Part shown: positions 9,531 through 18,396 of the stretch, piece after piece | Position numbering within the stretch: position 1 is the first letter of the stretch | Layout of the letters: each line of letters starts with the position of its first letter | Sequence record: DRR378314_188 | DNA: 42,411 nucleotides | Direction: 5' to 3' (one strand) | The notes under the pieces: generated by a model | Told to the model about the DNA's origin: nothing | The model's database searches: none | What the model saw: the letters and a program-made list of their open reading frames with translations, nothing else | Position numbers and translations under genes: made by a program

Positions 9531-10850
9531 ATGCTCGATGTCCTGCGTGATCGCACCTATCGCCACCTGTTTCTGGCACAAGTGGTGGCGCTGCTCGGAA
9601 CCGGGCTTGCCACAGTCGCGCTTGGGCTCATGGCCTATGATTTTGCTGGAGATGGTGCCGCCATGGTGCTGGCCACCGTTTTCACGATCAAGATGGTGGC
9701 CTATGTCGTGATCGCGCCCATCGCCGGTGCTTTCGCCGACCGGATGAACCGCCGAGCACTTCTTGTCTCGCTTGATCTGCTGCGCGCGGGGGCGGCCGTT
9801 TGCCTGCCTTTCGTGACGGAGGCCTGGCAAATCTATGTTCTGATTTTCATACTGCAGTCCGCCTCCGCAGCCTTCACCCCGACCTTTCAGGCCACCCTTC
9901 CGGATGTTCTGCCGGACGAGAAGCGCTACACTCGTGCGCTATCGCTGTCGCGCCTCGCATATGATTTGGAAAACATCCTGTCGCCGATGCTGGCTGCTCT
10001 CCTGCTCGCAATCATGAGCTACAACGTTCTGTTTCTTGGTACCGCGACGGGTTTCCTCGCGTCCTCTCTGCTTGTAGTTTCAGTCTTCTTGCCAAGCCCT
10101 AGGCCGACACCGCGCCGTGGTGTCTATGACCGCACGACCCGTGGCCTGCGTGTCTATCTCGCGACTCCGCGACTGCGCGGTCTGCTTGGCCTGAACTTCG
10201 CGGTTGCCAGCACCGGCGCAATGGTTCTGGTGAATTCAGTCGTTCTGGTACGGGGGCAACTGGAACTTGGCGACAGTGAACTGGCCTGGACCATGTTCGC
10301 CTTTGGTGCGGGCAGCATGATCGCCGCGCTGGGGCTCCCCCGCCTGTTGAACACCTTGCCGGATCGACCGGTGATGATCGCGGGCGCTTCCTCTATGGTC
10401 TTTGCGCTGCTGGCATTCGCCGTGTCCATAGCCACGTTCGGCCTGTCATGGCCACTGTTGTTGGTGACCTGGATGCTGATCGGGCTGGGCTTTTCAACGG
10501 TCCTAACACCGTCAGGTAGATTGTTACGGCGATCCGCACATGCCGCTGATCGCCCTGCGCTTTTTGCCGCGCAATTTGCGCTGTCACATGCCTGTTGGCT
10601 CGTCACATACCCGCTGTCAGGGTGGCTCATGACAGCCTTCGGCACGTCGGTCGCCCTTGTCGTTCTGGCGATGCTCGCCGTCATGGGGATCACCATGGCG
10701 CTATGGCTCTGGCCGGCTGGCGATCCGCTTGTGGTGGAACACACCCATGATAATCTCGCGCGAGATCACCCACATCTGAACGGTCAACGCCGCCACGCAC
10801 ACGAACTGATCATTGATGACAGTCACCCCCGCTGGGGCACAAAGTTCTGA
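9531..10850 (+). CDS. MFS transporter with His-rich C-terminal tail, NreB-like nickel/cobalt exporter
   Basis: MLDVLRDRTYRHLFLAQVVALLGTGLATVALGL, GAFADRMNRR (MFS motif A), multiple hydrophobic helices, tail HTHDNLARDHPHL...HAHELIIDDSHPRW. ATG 9531 follows GAGG. Confidence 0.82.
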   Translation: MLDVLRDRTYRHLFLAQVVALLGTGLATVALGLMAYDFAGDGAAMVLATVFTIKMVAYVVIAPIAGAFADRMNRRALLVSLDLLRAGAAVCLPFVTEAWQIYVLIFILQSASAAFTPTFQATLPDVLPDEKRYTRALSLSRLAYDLENILSPMLAALLLAIMSYNVLFLGTATGFLASSLLVVSVFLPSPRPTPRRGVYDRTTRGLRVYLATPRLRGLLGLNFAVASTGAMVLVNSVVLVRGQLELGDSELAWTMFAFGAGSMIAALGLPRLLNTLPDRPVMIAGASSMVFALLAFAVSIATFGLSWPLLLVTWMLIGLGFSTVLTPSGRLLRRSAHAADRPALFAAQFALSHACWLVTYPLSGWLMTAFGTSVALVVLAMLAVMGITMALWLWPAGDPLVVEHTHDNLARDHPHLNGQRRHAHELIIDDSHPRWGTKF

Positions 10851-11095
10851 AGCACCGTTTATTGCCTGCCCCAGAGATGATCAGGGCATTCGTCAGAGAT
10901 TGATCACTCCTGCCAAACCACCACGGCGCTAGGGCAACCTGCAGTGCAAATGGCATTGATCCTCGGACTGCGGCTCGTCATACACTGAGCGGAGTTGACC
11001 ACTATCCCGGACCGACACTTCGGGACGCTTTTTACAAAACACAAATTCGATTGCTGTCCTGTCCCTTCACACCCCGGCAGCGGGAGAAATGATTA

Positions 11096-12583
11096 ATGAG
11101 AATATTTTCCAGAAGAGCCGCGCTGCTCGGAATAGGCGGCGCTGCCGGTTGGGGTCTGTCACGTTGGCTGAGCCCAAACCTGCCCGTATACGATGGCACG
11201 GCGCGCATCCCGGTACCAACCGGGCAGAATATACTGAATGATGCCAGTGGGCTGTCCGCCACCCCGATCCACAAACATCTGGTGATGCAGGACGACGCCG
11301 GAGAGGCATTGGTGTCCTCAATCCGCGCCGAATTGATGCAGGCGAGGACCGATGGGAGACCGCTCAACGTCAGCGCCGCGCGTCATTCGATGGGAGGACA
11401 AGCGATCCCGCGTGAGGGCACCGCTGTCACGTTCGACAATGGATCGGTCGAGATTGATAGCGCCAACAGGATTTACCGGGTCCATGCCGGTGCACGGTGG
11501 TCGCAGGTGATCTCCGCACTCGATCCCGCGGGCTGGTCGCCAAAGGTCATGCAATCCAACAACGATTTCGGTGTGGCCGCGACATTCTCGGTGAACGCCC
11601 ATGGCTGGCCTGTTCCCTTCGGACCGATGGGATCCACCGTTCGTGCGCTGCGAATGATCTTGCCGTCGGGCGATCTGGTGACTTGCTCGCCGTCCGAGAA
11701 TGCAGAGCTTTTCAACATGGCCATGGGCGGCTACGGCCTGATTGGTGTCATCGTCGATCTGGACGTGGAGATGGTGAAAAACACCCGCCTGACCCCGACC
11801 TTCGATGTGCTGGACGCCAGCGCATTTTCCAACGCCTTTCGCGAGGCCATCGAAGATCCCTCCGTGACCATGGCCTACGGTCGCCTCAACGTGGAACGCG
11901 CCAACTTCTTTCAGAAGGCCCTGCTGGTCAGCTATCGCGAAACCCAGGATCAGTTGGATTTGCCCTCAGCCGCCGGTTCTGGCTGGATGTCCCATGCCGC
12001 GAGCCGACTATACCGGGCGCAGCTGGGCGACGAGACCTTCAAATCGTTCCGCTGGTGGAACGAAACCCGCCTTGGCCCAATGCTCGGGGCGGGACCGGCG
12101 ACCCGGAACACCCTCATCAATGAACCTGTCGTCACGCTGGACGACCGTGACCCTGATCGCACTGATATCCTGCATGAATATTTCGTGGGCTTTGACGCGT
12201 TCGACGGCTTTCTGGAGGCATGCCGCGAGGTGATACCCGCCTCCTATCAGGAGTTTCTGAACGTGACTCTGCGCTATGTCGCGCAGGACGATCAAAGCAC
12301 CCTGTCTTTTGCGACAGAACCGCGGATCGCAGCTGTCATGTCCTTCAGCCAGGAACTGACACATCGCGCAGAAGCCGACATGGCCCGGATGACCAGAGCG
12401 CTGATTGACCGGATCGTCGCGATAGGTGGTACATATTACCTGCCCTACCGCCCGCATGCGACGGTGGAGCAGTTTGTTGCCTCCTATCCGAACGCCGAGG
12501 TATTCGCGCAAGACAAACGGAGACTGGACCCGCAACTTGTCCTCCGCAACACTCTCTGGGACAGCTATCTGGATTTGGTATGA
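11096..12583 (+). CDS. FAD-binding oxidoreductase (VAO/PCMH, FAD_binding_4 type) with twin-arginine-like signal
   Basis: N-terminal SRRAALLG plus hydrophobic stretch; ARHSMGGQ histidyl-FAD loop; SVNAHG; GGYGLIGVI; GGTYYLPY; KRRLDP C-terminus. Confidence 0.85.
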   Translation: MRIFSRRAALLGIGGAAGWGLSRWLSPNLPVYDGTARIPVPTGQNILNDASGLSATPIHKHLVMQDDAGEALVSSIRAELMQARTDGRPLNVSAARHSMGGQAIPREGTAVTFDNGSVEIDSANRIYRVHAGARWSQVISALDPAGWSPKVMQSNNDFGVAATFSVNAHGWPVPFGPMGSTVRALRMILPSGDLVTCSPSENAELFNMAMGGYGLIGVIVDLDVEMVKNTRLTPTFDVLDASAFSNAFREAIEDPSVTMAYGRLNVERANFFQKALLVSYRETQDQLDLPSAAGSGWMSHAASRLYRAQLGDETFKSFRWWNETRLGPMLGAGPATRNTLINEPVVTLDDRDPDRTDILHEYFVGFDAFDGFLEACREVIPASYQEFLNVTLRYVAQDDQSTLSFATEPRIAAVMSFSQELTHRAEADMARMTRALIDRIVAIGGTYYLPYRPHATVEQFVASYPNAEVFAQDKRRLDPQLVLRNTLWDSYLDLV

Positions 12584-12990
12584 CCATTCTGCAAAAACTC
12601 TCGCTGGGGTATTTCGTGGCGTTGATGATCGCCGCTTCCCTGAACTACATCCCCGGTCTGACCGATGAGGCAGGCCTGGCATTCGGCATTTTTGCGCTCG
12701 ATATCTACGATGACGCGCTGCATGTGGCCTCTGCCCTCTGGGCTCTTGTGGCCGGTTTGCTGTCCCACCGCGCGGCGCGGAGCTTCTTGATCCTGTTCGG
12801 ATTTGCCTATCTCGGGGACGGTGTCTTTGGGTTTTTCACCGGATACGGATATCTCGACCTTGGGATCTTCACCAATGGGTCGCTCGGCATGGACCTGTCG
12901 GTTCGTCGCGTCCTCGCCAACCTGCCGCATCTGGCGCTCGGAGGGGTGGCCGTCTGGGCCGGGCTGCGAAACTCAGGTGAGACAAAGTGA
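12580..12990 (+). CDS. Small multi-pass membrane protein, unknown function
   Basis: About four hydrophobic segments with DDALH and NLPH; ATGA overlap with the upstream gene. Confidence 0.75.
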   Translation: MTILQKLSLGYFVALMIAASLNYIPGLTDEAGLAFGIFALDIYDDALHVASALWALVAGLLSHRAARSFLILFGFAYLGDGVFGFFTGYGYLDLGIFTNGSLGMDLSVRRVLANLPHLALGGVAVWAGLRNSGETK

Positions 12991-14039
12991 ACGCAGTGTG
13001 GAGATGGTTCAGGCGGTTGATGGTGCTGTGCCTGGTTCTGGTGCTCGGCCTCGGCGCCCCCGTGGCCTATGTCGAAACCATGTGCCAGGGCGACGCCCGC
13101 CCTCGGCCCTATGCGGCGTTGATAGACCCGGCGCACCACCGCCCCGAAACGCGAAGCCTCATGACCTATCCGGAGTGGTACATTGTCCACGCCTATGAAG
13201 ACTATGCCGAGGTTTTGCACGACGGGGACCCCCACGATTACAGCTACTTGCGCAGCATCGGCGGCTTCTGGACCTCCCTCTGTGCCATTGCCGGCGAAGC
13301 CTCCGCCCATGGCGAAATTGATCGCGGCACAAAACAGATGGTGTATGTGATCGGCACAAGTTTCACTGCCGAACTGGCGCTAAAGGCCGCCTACGAAGAA
13401 ACACTGGGGCGGCTGTTCGCCTGGCTGCGCGGCCCGCGCCCTACCCCACTCGACAAGCTGTCCGCGCGACAGGCTGCAGATTATGCAGCATTCCTGCAGC
13501 AGGTGCCCTGGTATAAATGGTCTTTTCGTGCGGACGCCGAGGCGCTCCGGGCCCAGTCCACCTCGGCGCTGCGAGACACGGAACGCCGGCTGGCGCTGGG
13601 TTTGGAATACCGGGCGAAAGCGGCATATGCCGATGTGATCGCGCAGGCTGTGGCCCAGGGTGGACAGGATGAACTGACGCTGCGAATGATCGTTACCGGC
13701 GCGTCCCCGACGCAGTTCGCGCGCTATGACGGGGTCACGGTGATCAAGACGCGCCCCGAGGGGATCGAAATCGAAACGATGCGTTATCGCGCCCTTACCC
13801 GGCTTCTGATGAGAATGGCGAGCGATGGCATCGACGTGATCGAAATCGCCGGGAACGACGACATTCTTCTCACCGCGATCTCCGATCAGCCTGGCGAACC
13901 AGGATCGCTTCTCAGCCGACAACGACAGGGGTTTGATGACTATCGTCACCTGATTACGCTAGACGTCACCGAACTCATGCCGCGACTGCGGCAGATGGAG
14001 CAGACCAGCCTGACGCTGGAGCATATCCATGACTATTAA
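12987..14039 (+). CDS. Hypothetical protein with N-terminal membrane anchor
   Basis: 350 aa; GTGA overlap; N-terminal TM; distinctive TYPEWYIVHAYEDY, VIGTSFTAE, EIAGND and EHIHDY segments. Confidence 0.78.
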   Translation: MNAVWRWFRRLMVLCLVLVLGLGAPVAYVETMCQGDARPRPYAALIDPAHHRPETRSLMTYPEWYIVHAYEDYAEVLHDGDPHDYSYLRSIGGFWTSLCAIAGEASAHGEIDRGTKQMVYVIGTSFTAELALKAAYEETLGRLFAWLRGPRPTPLDKLSARQAADYAAFLQQVPWYKWSFRADAEALRAQSTSALRDTERRLALGLEYRAKAAYADVIAQAVAQGGQDELTLRMIVTGASPTQFARYDGVTVIKTRPEGIEIETMRYRALTRLLMRMASDGIDVIEIAGNDDILLTAISDQPGEPGSLLSRQRQGFDDYRHLITLDVTELMPRLRQMEQTSLTLEHIHDY

Positions 14040-14319
14040 GTCACTTGCGTGCGCCTTGCCCCTGCTCTTGATCGGCTGGATGTCCATCCTTGTTATAGTC
14101 GCGCTCCTCACGGATGATGCACCAGCATATGTGGTGCTCTTACCCAGCGCGGCGCTTCTGAATGACCTGCCCGACACCACGTCGATCATCGCGGCCTCCT
14201 CCTACAGTGTCACACTTGCCTCCGACCAGTCAGGGGTCGCGCGCGCACTCTACGGCAGCGGGGCCTGGCTGGTCCTGCCCGCGGGCCTGCCTGGATGCCT
14301 GCCATTGCCCCAACAGTGA
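14029..14319 (+). CDS. Small hypothetical membrane-anchored protein
   Basis: 96 aa; N-terminal TM; LYGSGAWLVLPAGLPGC near the C-terminus; overlaps the upstream stop by 11 nt. Confidence 0.65.
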   Translation: MTIKSLACALPLLLIGWMSILVIVALLTDDAPAYVVLLPSAALLNDLPDTTSIIAASSYSVTLASDQSGVARALYGSGAWLVLPAGLPGCLPLPQQ

Positions 14320-14384
14320 ACTGACGCACTGGCTCTGATCGGCCTTCCGGTCACAAGGCAGTCGCCGCAAGCATCTGTCTTTGA

Positions 14385-14403
14385 ACTGTTTTTGTCAAAC
14401 AGT
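14385..14403. promoter_or_regulatory. Inverted repeat upstream of the inverse autotransporter (candidate regulator site)
   Basis: ACTGTTT-ttgtc-AAACAGT, perfect 7-bp arms in an AT-rich intergenic patch. Confidence 0.35.
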
Positions 14404-14495
14404 CGCATTGTATGTCGGGATCAAAGTGATTAGCAGGCGGGCTGCCACACCCAGCCAAATGTCCAGCTCGGCCAAAATCTACGGACATTCACCAA

Positions 14496-16793
14496 ATGAC
14501 TTTGCGTCTCACAGCCCTGTCAGGGCTGTCCCTCATGCTGGCCACAACTGCCGTGCCAGCGGCTGATCTCCAAATTTTTCACGAAGACGGGCTGCAAGGA
14601 GGTATCGCACTGACCTTCCCCCTGTCCGTGCACGACAACAGCGCAACCATTGCGCGGTTGTCGTACGCCCGTGACGATAATTCCCACTCCGCATTCAGTC
14701 TCGAAGCGATGCGCCGCACCAATTTGGCAAATGGCTGGATGATTGGCACCGGGATCTTCGCGGACAGTTCTGCAGATGACATAGGCAATCGATTTGGCCA
14801 GGTCGGCCTGAGCGGCGAGCTGCAACACGGCGTGTTTCAGGCGCGTCTGAATGCCTACGTTCCTGTTGGCACCAAGAACCGCAGCGACAGCCGATTTGAC
14901 TCTTTGGCAGAAATGGACGGAACAATCCGCTTCAGAAGCGGTCGCAGCCTTGCCCTCAAGGGCGCGGATATGGAACTTGGGGCCCGCATCCAATTTGCCT
15001 CTCTTGGCGGCGGCAGTTTTGGCCTTTTCGGCGGCGGCTTCTCTTTTGAGCATTCAGACGGTGCTTCCTTCAGCGGCGCCACGGCCCGCGCGGAAGTGGC
15101 ATTGGACAACCTGTTTGGTACGCGATCTGGCGCGCGTTTTCGGGCCGGCCTACGTGCGGACCGAAGCTCCGGCAACACCGACACCAGCGCCTACGCTGCA
15201 CTGACGATCCCATTTGGGTCGAATGCGCGGTCTTCCAACGCCACCCCGGCCGGAGGCTTTGGCACCAACCGCTTGACCCGCGATGTGGAACGCCGACGCC
15301 GGGTGACAACACGCTCCGGCGCATTTGGCGCGGTCGAGGCGGTCAGCCTGGCAGGCCACTCCCTCGGTCGTTTTGCCCGAATAGATGCAGGAGGTAACTT
15401 GCAGGAGGCGCTGGTCGGTACCGGCGAAAACGGGCTGGTCTTTGCATCCGGCGATTTCACGACCTCCGGCCTTGTTCTGTCCGAGGGACAAACACTCGTT
15501 GGCGGCGGCGGCTCGGTGGTGTTGCAGGCCGACAGCGGACGCCAGATGCGGATGGCCAACAGAGGCGCCCCAACCACCCTGCAAGAGAGCAGCGCCATGG
15601 CGCCAGCCGGGTCCGGCGCCGCCGTCGCACTGCTGACAATGGCAGATGACAGCCGGGCGCAAAGCCTTACGCTCTCAGGCGGAGACCAAGGCATCACCGC
15701 CAGCAATGTCGATGGCTTCCACATCGCTGATGTGGCTATTTCTGGCAGCCGGGGTGATGCCGTTCACCTGTCGAATGTCAGCAATGCCAGCTTCACCGAC
15801 CTTTCCATCGCCAATGTGGGCGGCAATGGGTTCTCTGCAACCGGAGGCACGCAAATCGCCGTGACCGGCGCACAGATCACGGCGCCCGGCGAAAACGGCT
15901 TTCTGCTCCATAGCGTAGGCAACTTCAGCTTGAGCCAAGCGCGGCTGAGTGACATGCCGACCTGTGAGGACAACACCCTGTGTGAGTTCAGCGTTTACAA
16001 TCCAAGCTCGGTTCCGAATTCCGGAATCAATGCGATCGGCCTTACGAATGCGCGCTTTGATGGCATTCGCATGGATGACGTGACCTATGGCTTCTTTCTC
16101 GCCTCGGATATCAGCACCGAAAGTGGTGACTACACAGTGGTCGGCGCTTCCACGGGATTGGAGTTGAACGACATCACCATTACCAACAGCCGCCGCGAGG
16201 CAATTCTGGCTGTCGGTGTCGATGGATTGAACATGACCAATGTGGTTCTGGACAACAGTCAACAGGGCAGTGACATGGATCTGGTCGCCATGCAGTCAAG
16301 CGGTCAGGTCAGCATGGATGGCGCGGTGCTGACCGGCGGGATCAACGGGCTGATGTTCGTCGACGCCCTCAGGCTGGATGGCATCACAGAAGACATGAGC
16401 TTCCGCAATATCGTGATCAACGACACCAGCCGTGCGGGCGTGTTCCTGAACCCGGTGCAGAACATCGTCTTTGAAAACATAGAGATCAACAACGCAGGGA
16501 CCCATGGCATCTTCATGCTGGGAGACAGCTGGGGCTTCAACGGTGGGGCAATCCGGGATGTGACCTTTGCGGATACAACCATCAATGCTGCCACAACAGC
16601 AGGTGTGAATTTCTATGGGCCGGTCACCAATGTCACCGGCGAGATCACCGTCGCCAACAGCCCAGCCGGATGCAGCGCAGACACCAGCTCCTGGTCCGGC
16701 ACCAGCATCACAAACGACGCGGGCGGTGACCTGTCGATCAACGGCACGGTGATGTCCAATAGCACGCTCGGTGATTGCGCCGCACCATACTAA
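14496..16793 (+). CDS. Inverse-autotransporter-like protein: N-terminal beta-barrel plus right-handed beta-helix passenger
   Basis: Sec signal (...TTAVPA|AD); residues ~25-240 form amphipathic strands (GWMIGTGIFAD, QVGLSGE, ARLNAYVP, GADMELG); linker RLTRDVERR; then repeated G-x-hydrophobic/N-rich beta-helix turns. Confidence 0.72.
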   Translation: MTLRLTALSGLSLMLATTAVPAADLQIFHEDGLQGGIALTFPLSVHDNSATIARLSYARDDNSHSAFSLEAMRRTNLANGWMIGTGIFADSSADDIGNRFGQVGLSGELQHGVFQARLNAYVPVGTKNRSDSRFDSLAEMDGTIRFRSGRSLALKGADMELGARIQFASLGGGSFGLFGGGFSFEHSDGASFSGATARAEVALDNLFGTRSGARFRAGLRADRSSGNTDTSAYAALTIPFGSNARSSNATPAGGFGTNRLTRDVERRRRVTTRSGAFGAVEAVSLAGHSLGRFARIDAGGNLQEALVGTGENGLVFASGDFTTSGLVLSEGQTLVGGGGSVVLQADSGRQMRMANRGAPTTLQESSAMAPAGSGAAVALLTMADDSRAQSLTLSGGDQGITASNVDGFHIADVAISGSRGDAVHLSNVSNASFTDLSIANVGGNGFSATGGTQIAVTGAQITAPGENGFLLHSVGNFSLSQARLSDMPTCEDNTLCEFSVYNPSSVPNSGINAIGLTNARFDGIRMDDVTYGFFLASDISTESGDYTVVGASTGLELNDITITNSRREAILAVGVDGLNMTNVVLDNSQQGSDMDLVAMQSSGQVSMDGAVLTGGINGLMFVDALRLDGITEDMSFRNIVINDTSRAGVFLNPVQNIVFENIEINNAGTHGIFMLGDSWGFNGGAIRDVTFADTTINAATTAGVNFYGPVTNVTGEITVANSPAGCSADTSSWSGTSITNDAGGDLSINGTVMSNSTLGDCAAPY

Positions 16794-16828
16794 GGACCGA
16801 CCACCATTTACGGCCCCTCAAACCGAGC

Positions 16829-16856
16829 GATCCGGCGGTATGACTATCGCCGGATC
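16829..16856. terminator. Hairpin between convergent genes (likely bidirectional terminator)
   Basis: GATCCGGCGGTA-tgac-TATCGCCGGATC, 12-bp stem with one G-U pair. Confidence 0.65.
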
Positions 16857-16873
16857 ACATGCAGAAAGCGACC

Positions 16874-18013
16874 TCAGCCCAACCGGCGCAACAGCTCCAA
16901 GGAAGGCTCTCCGGTTACCGGCAAGCCCTGTCGCTGTTGATAGGCACTGATGGCATCTCGGGTCTTTGGTCCAATCACGCCATCTGCACCGCCGGTTCCA
17001 AATCCGCTGGACGTCAATCCTCGCTGCAGGGCGATACGGTCATCCTTTGTCAGACCGTATTTGTCGGGTGGGAAACTGCCACGCAGTGGACCACGCCCTG
17101 CAATACGGTCAGACAGGTGTCCAACTCCGATCGCATAAGCATCTGAATTATTATAGCGTTTCAGAGCGCGGAAGTTTGCGGTTGTCGAGAACTTTGGCCC
17201 TCCCGCTTGCGGCTGGATGACAGTTCCAGCAGGCGCGTTTGCCCCGGCCTCGCCCCCCCAGGCCAGCCCCGTTTGCCACCCATTGCGCGACAGATAGGCC
17301 GCCGTGGACGCCAAGGAGTCGCTCGGGTCGTCGGACCAGATGTCCTTGCGCCCGTCGCCTGTGAAATCGACCGCAAACGACAGATACGACGTGGGAATGA
17401 ACTGGGTGTGGCCCATCGCTCCCGCCCAGCTCCCCGTCAAGTCACGCGGCGCGACATGCCCCCCTTCGAGGATCTTGAGGGCCGCAATCAGCTGTTTTTC
17501 AAACAGCTGCCCACGACGGCCATCATAGGCCAGCGTCGAGGTGGCCGAGATAACGGGCACATTGCCGCGCCGCCCCCCAAAAAAGCTCTCAAGCCCCCAA
17601 ATGGCCGTCACGACATGAGCCTCGACCCCGTATTTCCGCTCGATAGCCGCCAGCGTCGAGCGATGACGTGCGTAGGCAGCGCGCCCCTTGCTGACCCGCT
17701 CATCAGAGACTGCGATGGACAAATAATCCTCTAGCGTGCGCTTGAATTCGGTTTGGTTGCGATCCCGTTTCACGACACCGGGAAGGTAGCCCGTGCCCCG
17801 AAAGGCCGCCGACAGCAGATCTTGTGAAAAACCCTGGCTCACCGCGCGTTCTCGGAAACTCGCGACCCAGCTGTCATAACCTGCGTTTCTGGCTGGGCGC
17901 AGATCATCTGCAAGCCCCGACGACGCGGGTCCGCTTGTCGTACTGACCTCACTACAGCCCGCCAATCCAAAGGCAGCGGCGATAGCGCCGAATTGCCGTC
18001 TGTTCATAGACAT
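16874..18013 (-). CDS. Lytic murein transglycosylase, MltB/SLT_2 family, with C-terminal peptidoglycan-binding domain; lipoprotein
   Basis: NRRQF...LAGC (Tat + lipobox); IWGLES catalytic Glu; GSWAGAMGHTQFIPTSY; YNNS; LQRGL...ADGVIGPKTRDAISAYQ. Confidence 0.92.
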   Translation of the reverse strand: MSMNRRQFGAIAAAFGLAGCSEVSTTSGPASSGLADDLRPARNAGYDSWVASFRERAVSQGFSQDLLSAAFRGTGYLPGVVKRDRNQTEFKRTLEDYLSIAVSDERVSKGRAAYARHRSTLAAIERKYGVEAHVVTAIWGLESFFGGRRGNVPVISATSTLAYDGRRGQLFEKQLIAALKILEGGHVAPRDLTGSWAGAMGHTQFIPTSYLSFAVDFTGDGRKDIWSDDPSDSLASTAAYLSRNGWQTGLAWGGEAGANAPAGTVIQPQAGGPKFSTTANFRALKRYNNSDAYAIGVGHLSDRIAGRGPLRGSFPPDKYGLTKDDRIALQRGLTSSGFGTGGADGVIGPKTRDAISAYQQRQGLPVTGEPSLELLRRLG

Positions 18014-18317
18014 GATTCATCCTCTGCTGGTCTCACGTACAGGTTGCAGGAAATCACACGTGCCGCAACCACGTCACCTCAGCACTGCGGGCGTATCAGC
18101 GCCAACTGACCGACTTTGGCCGATCCCACATGCCGCGTCGCCCTTCAAACGGCACTACATGCGATTCGGCGTGCCGTCGTTCGGAGGTCGTCGCTTCTCT
18201 CAGGTGACATCAGGCCCACTGCGAACTCTGCCCACAGTGAGTACTTACCGACATTGGCACGAAACTGGGCAAGTGCCGCTATCGCCTGCCTAAATTTGCG
18301 CCACAGCGCGTCAGCCT

Positions 18318-18376
18318 GATTTAACGTTTAACCTTTCGCTTGACGATCAATACACCGGTTGATTAATCGTTAAATC
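18318..18376 (+). promoter_or_regulatory. Promoter with two LacI-type operators flanking a -35 box
   Basis: GATTTAACGTTTAACC (18318..18333) and GATTAATCGTTAAATC (18361..18376), both near the palindrome GATTTAACGTTAAATC with a central CG; TTGACG at 18340..18345 lies between them. Confidence 0.75.
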
Positions 18377-18396
18377 ACAACTTGGAGATCCCGACC

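Noticed and set aside
18255-18270. Sigma54 promoter TGGCACG...
   Set aside because: The -12 position reads TGG rather than TGC.
18321-18373. CtrA boxes (paired TTAA)
   Set aside because: Spacing is 3 nt, not 7; better explained as LacI operators.
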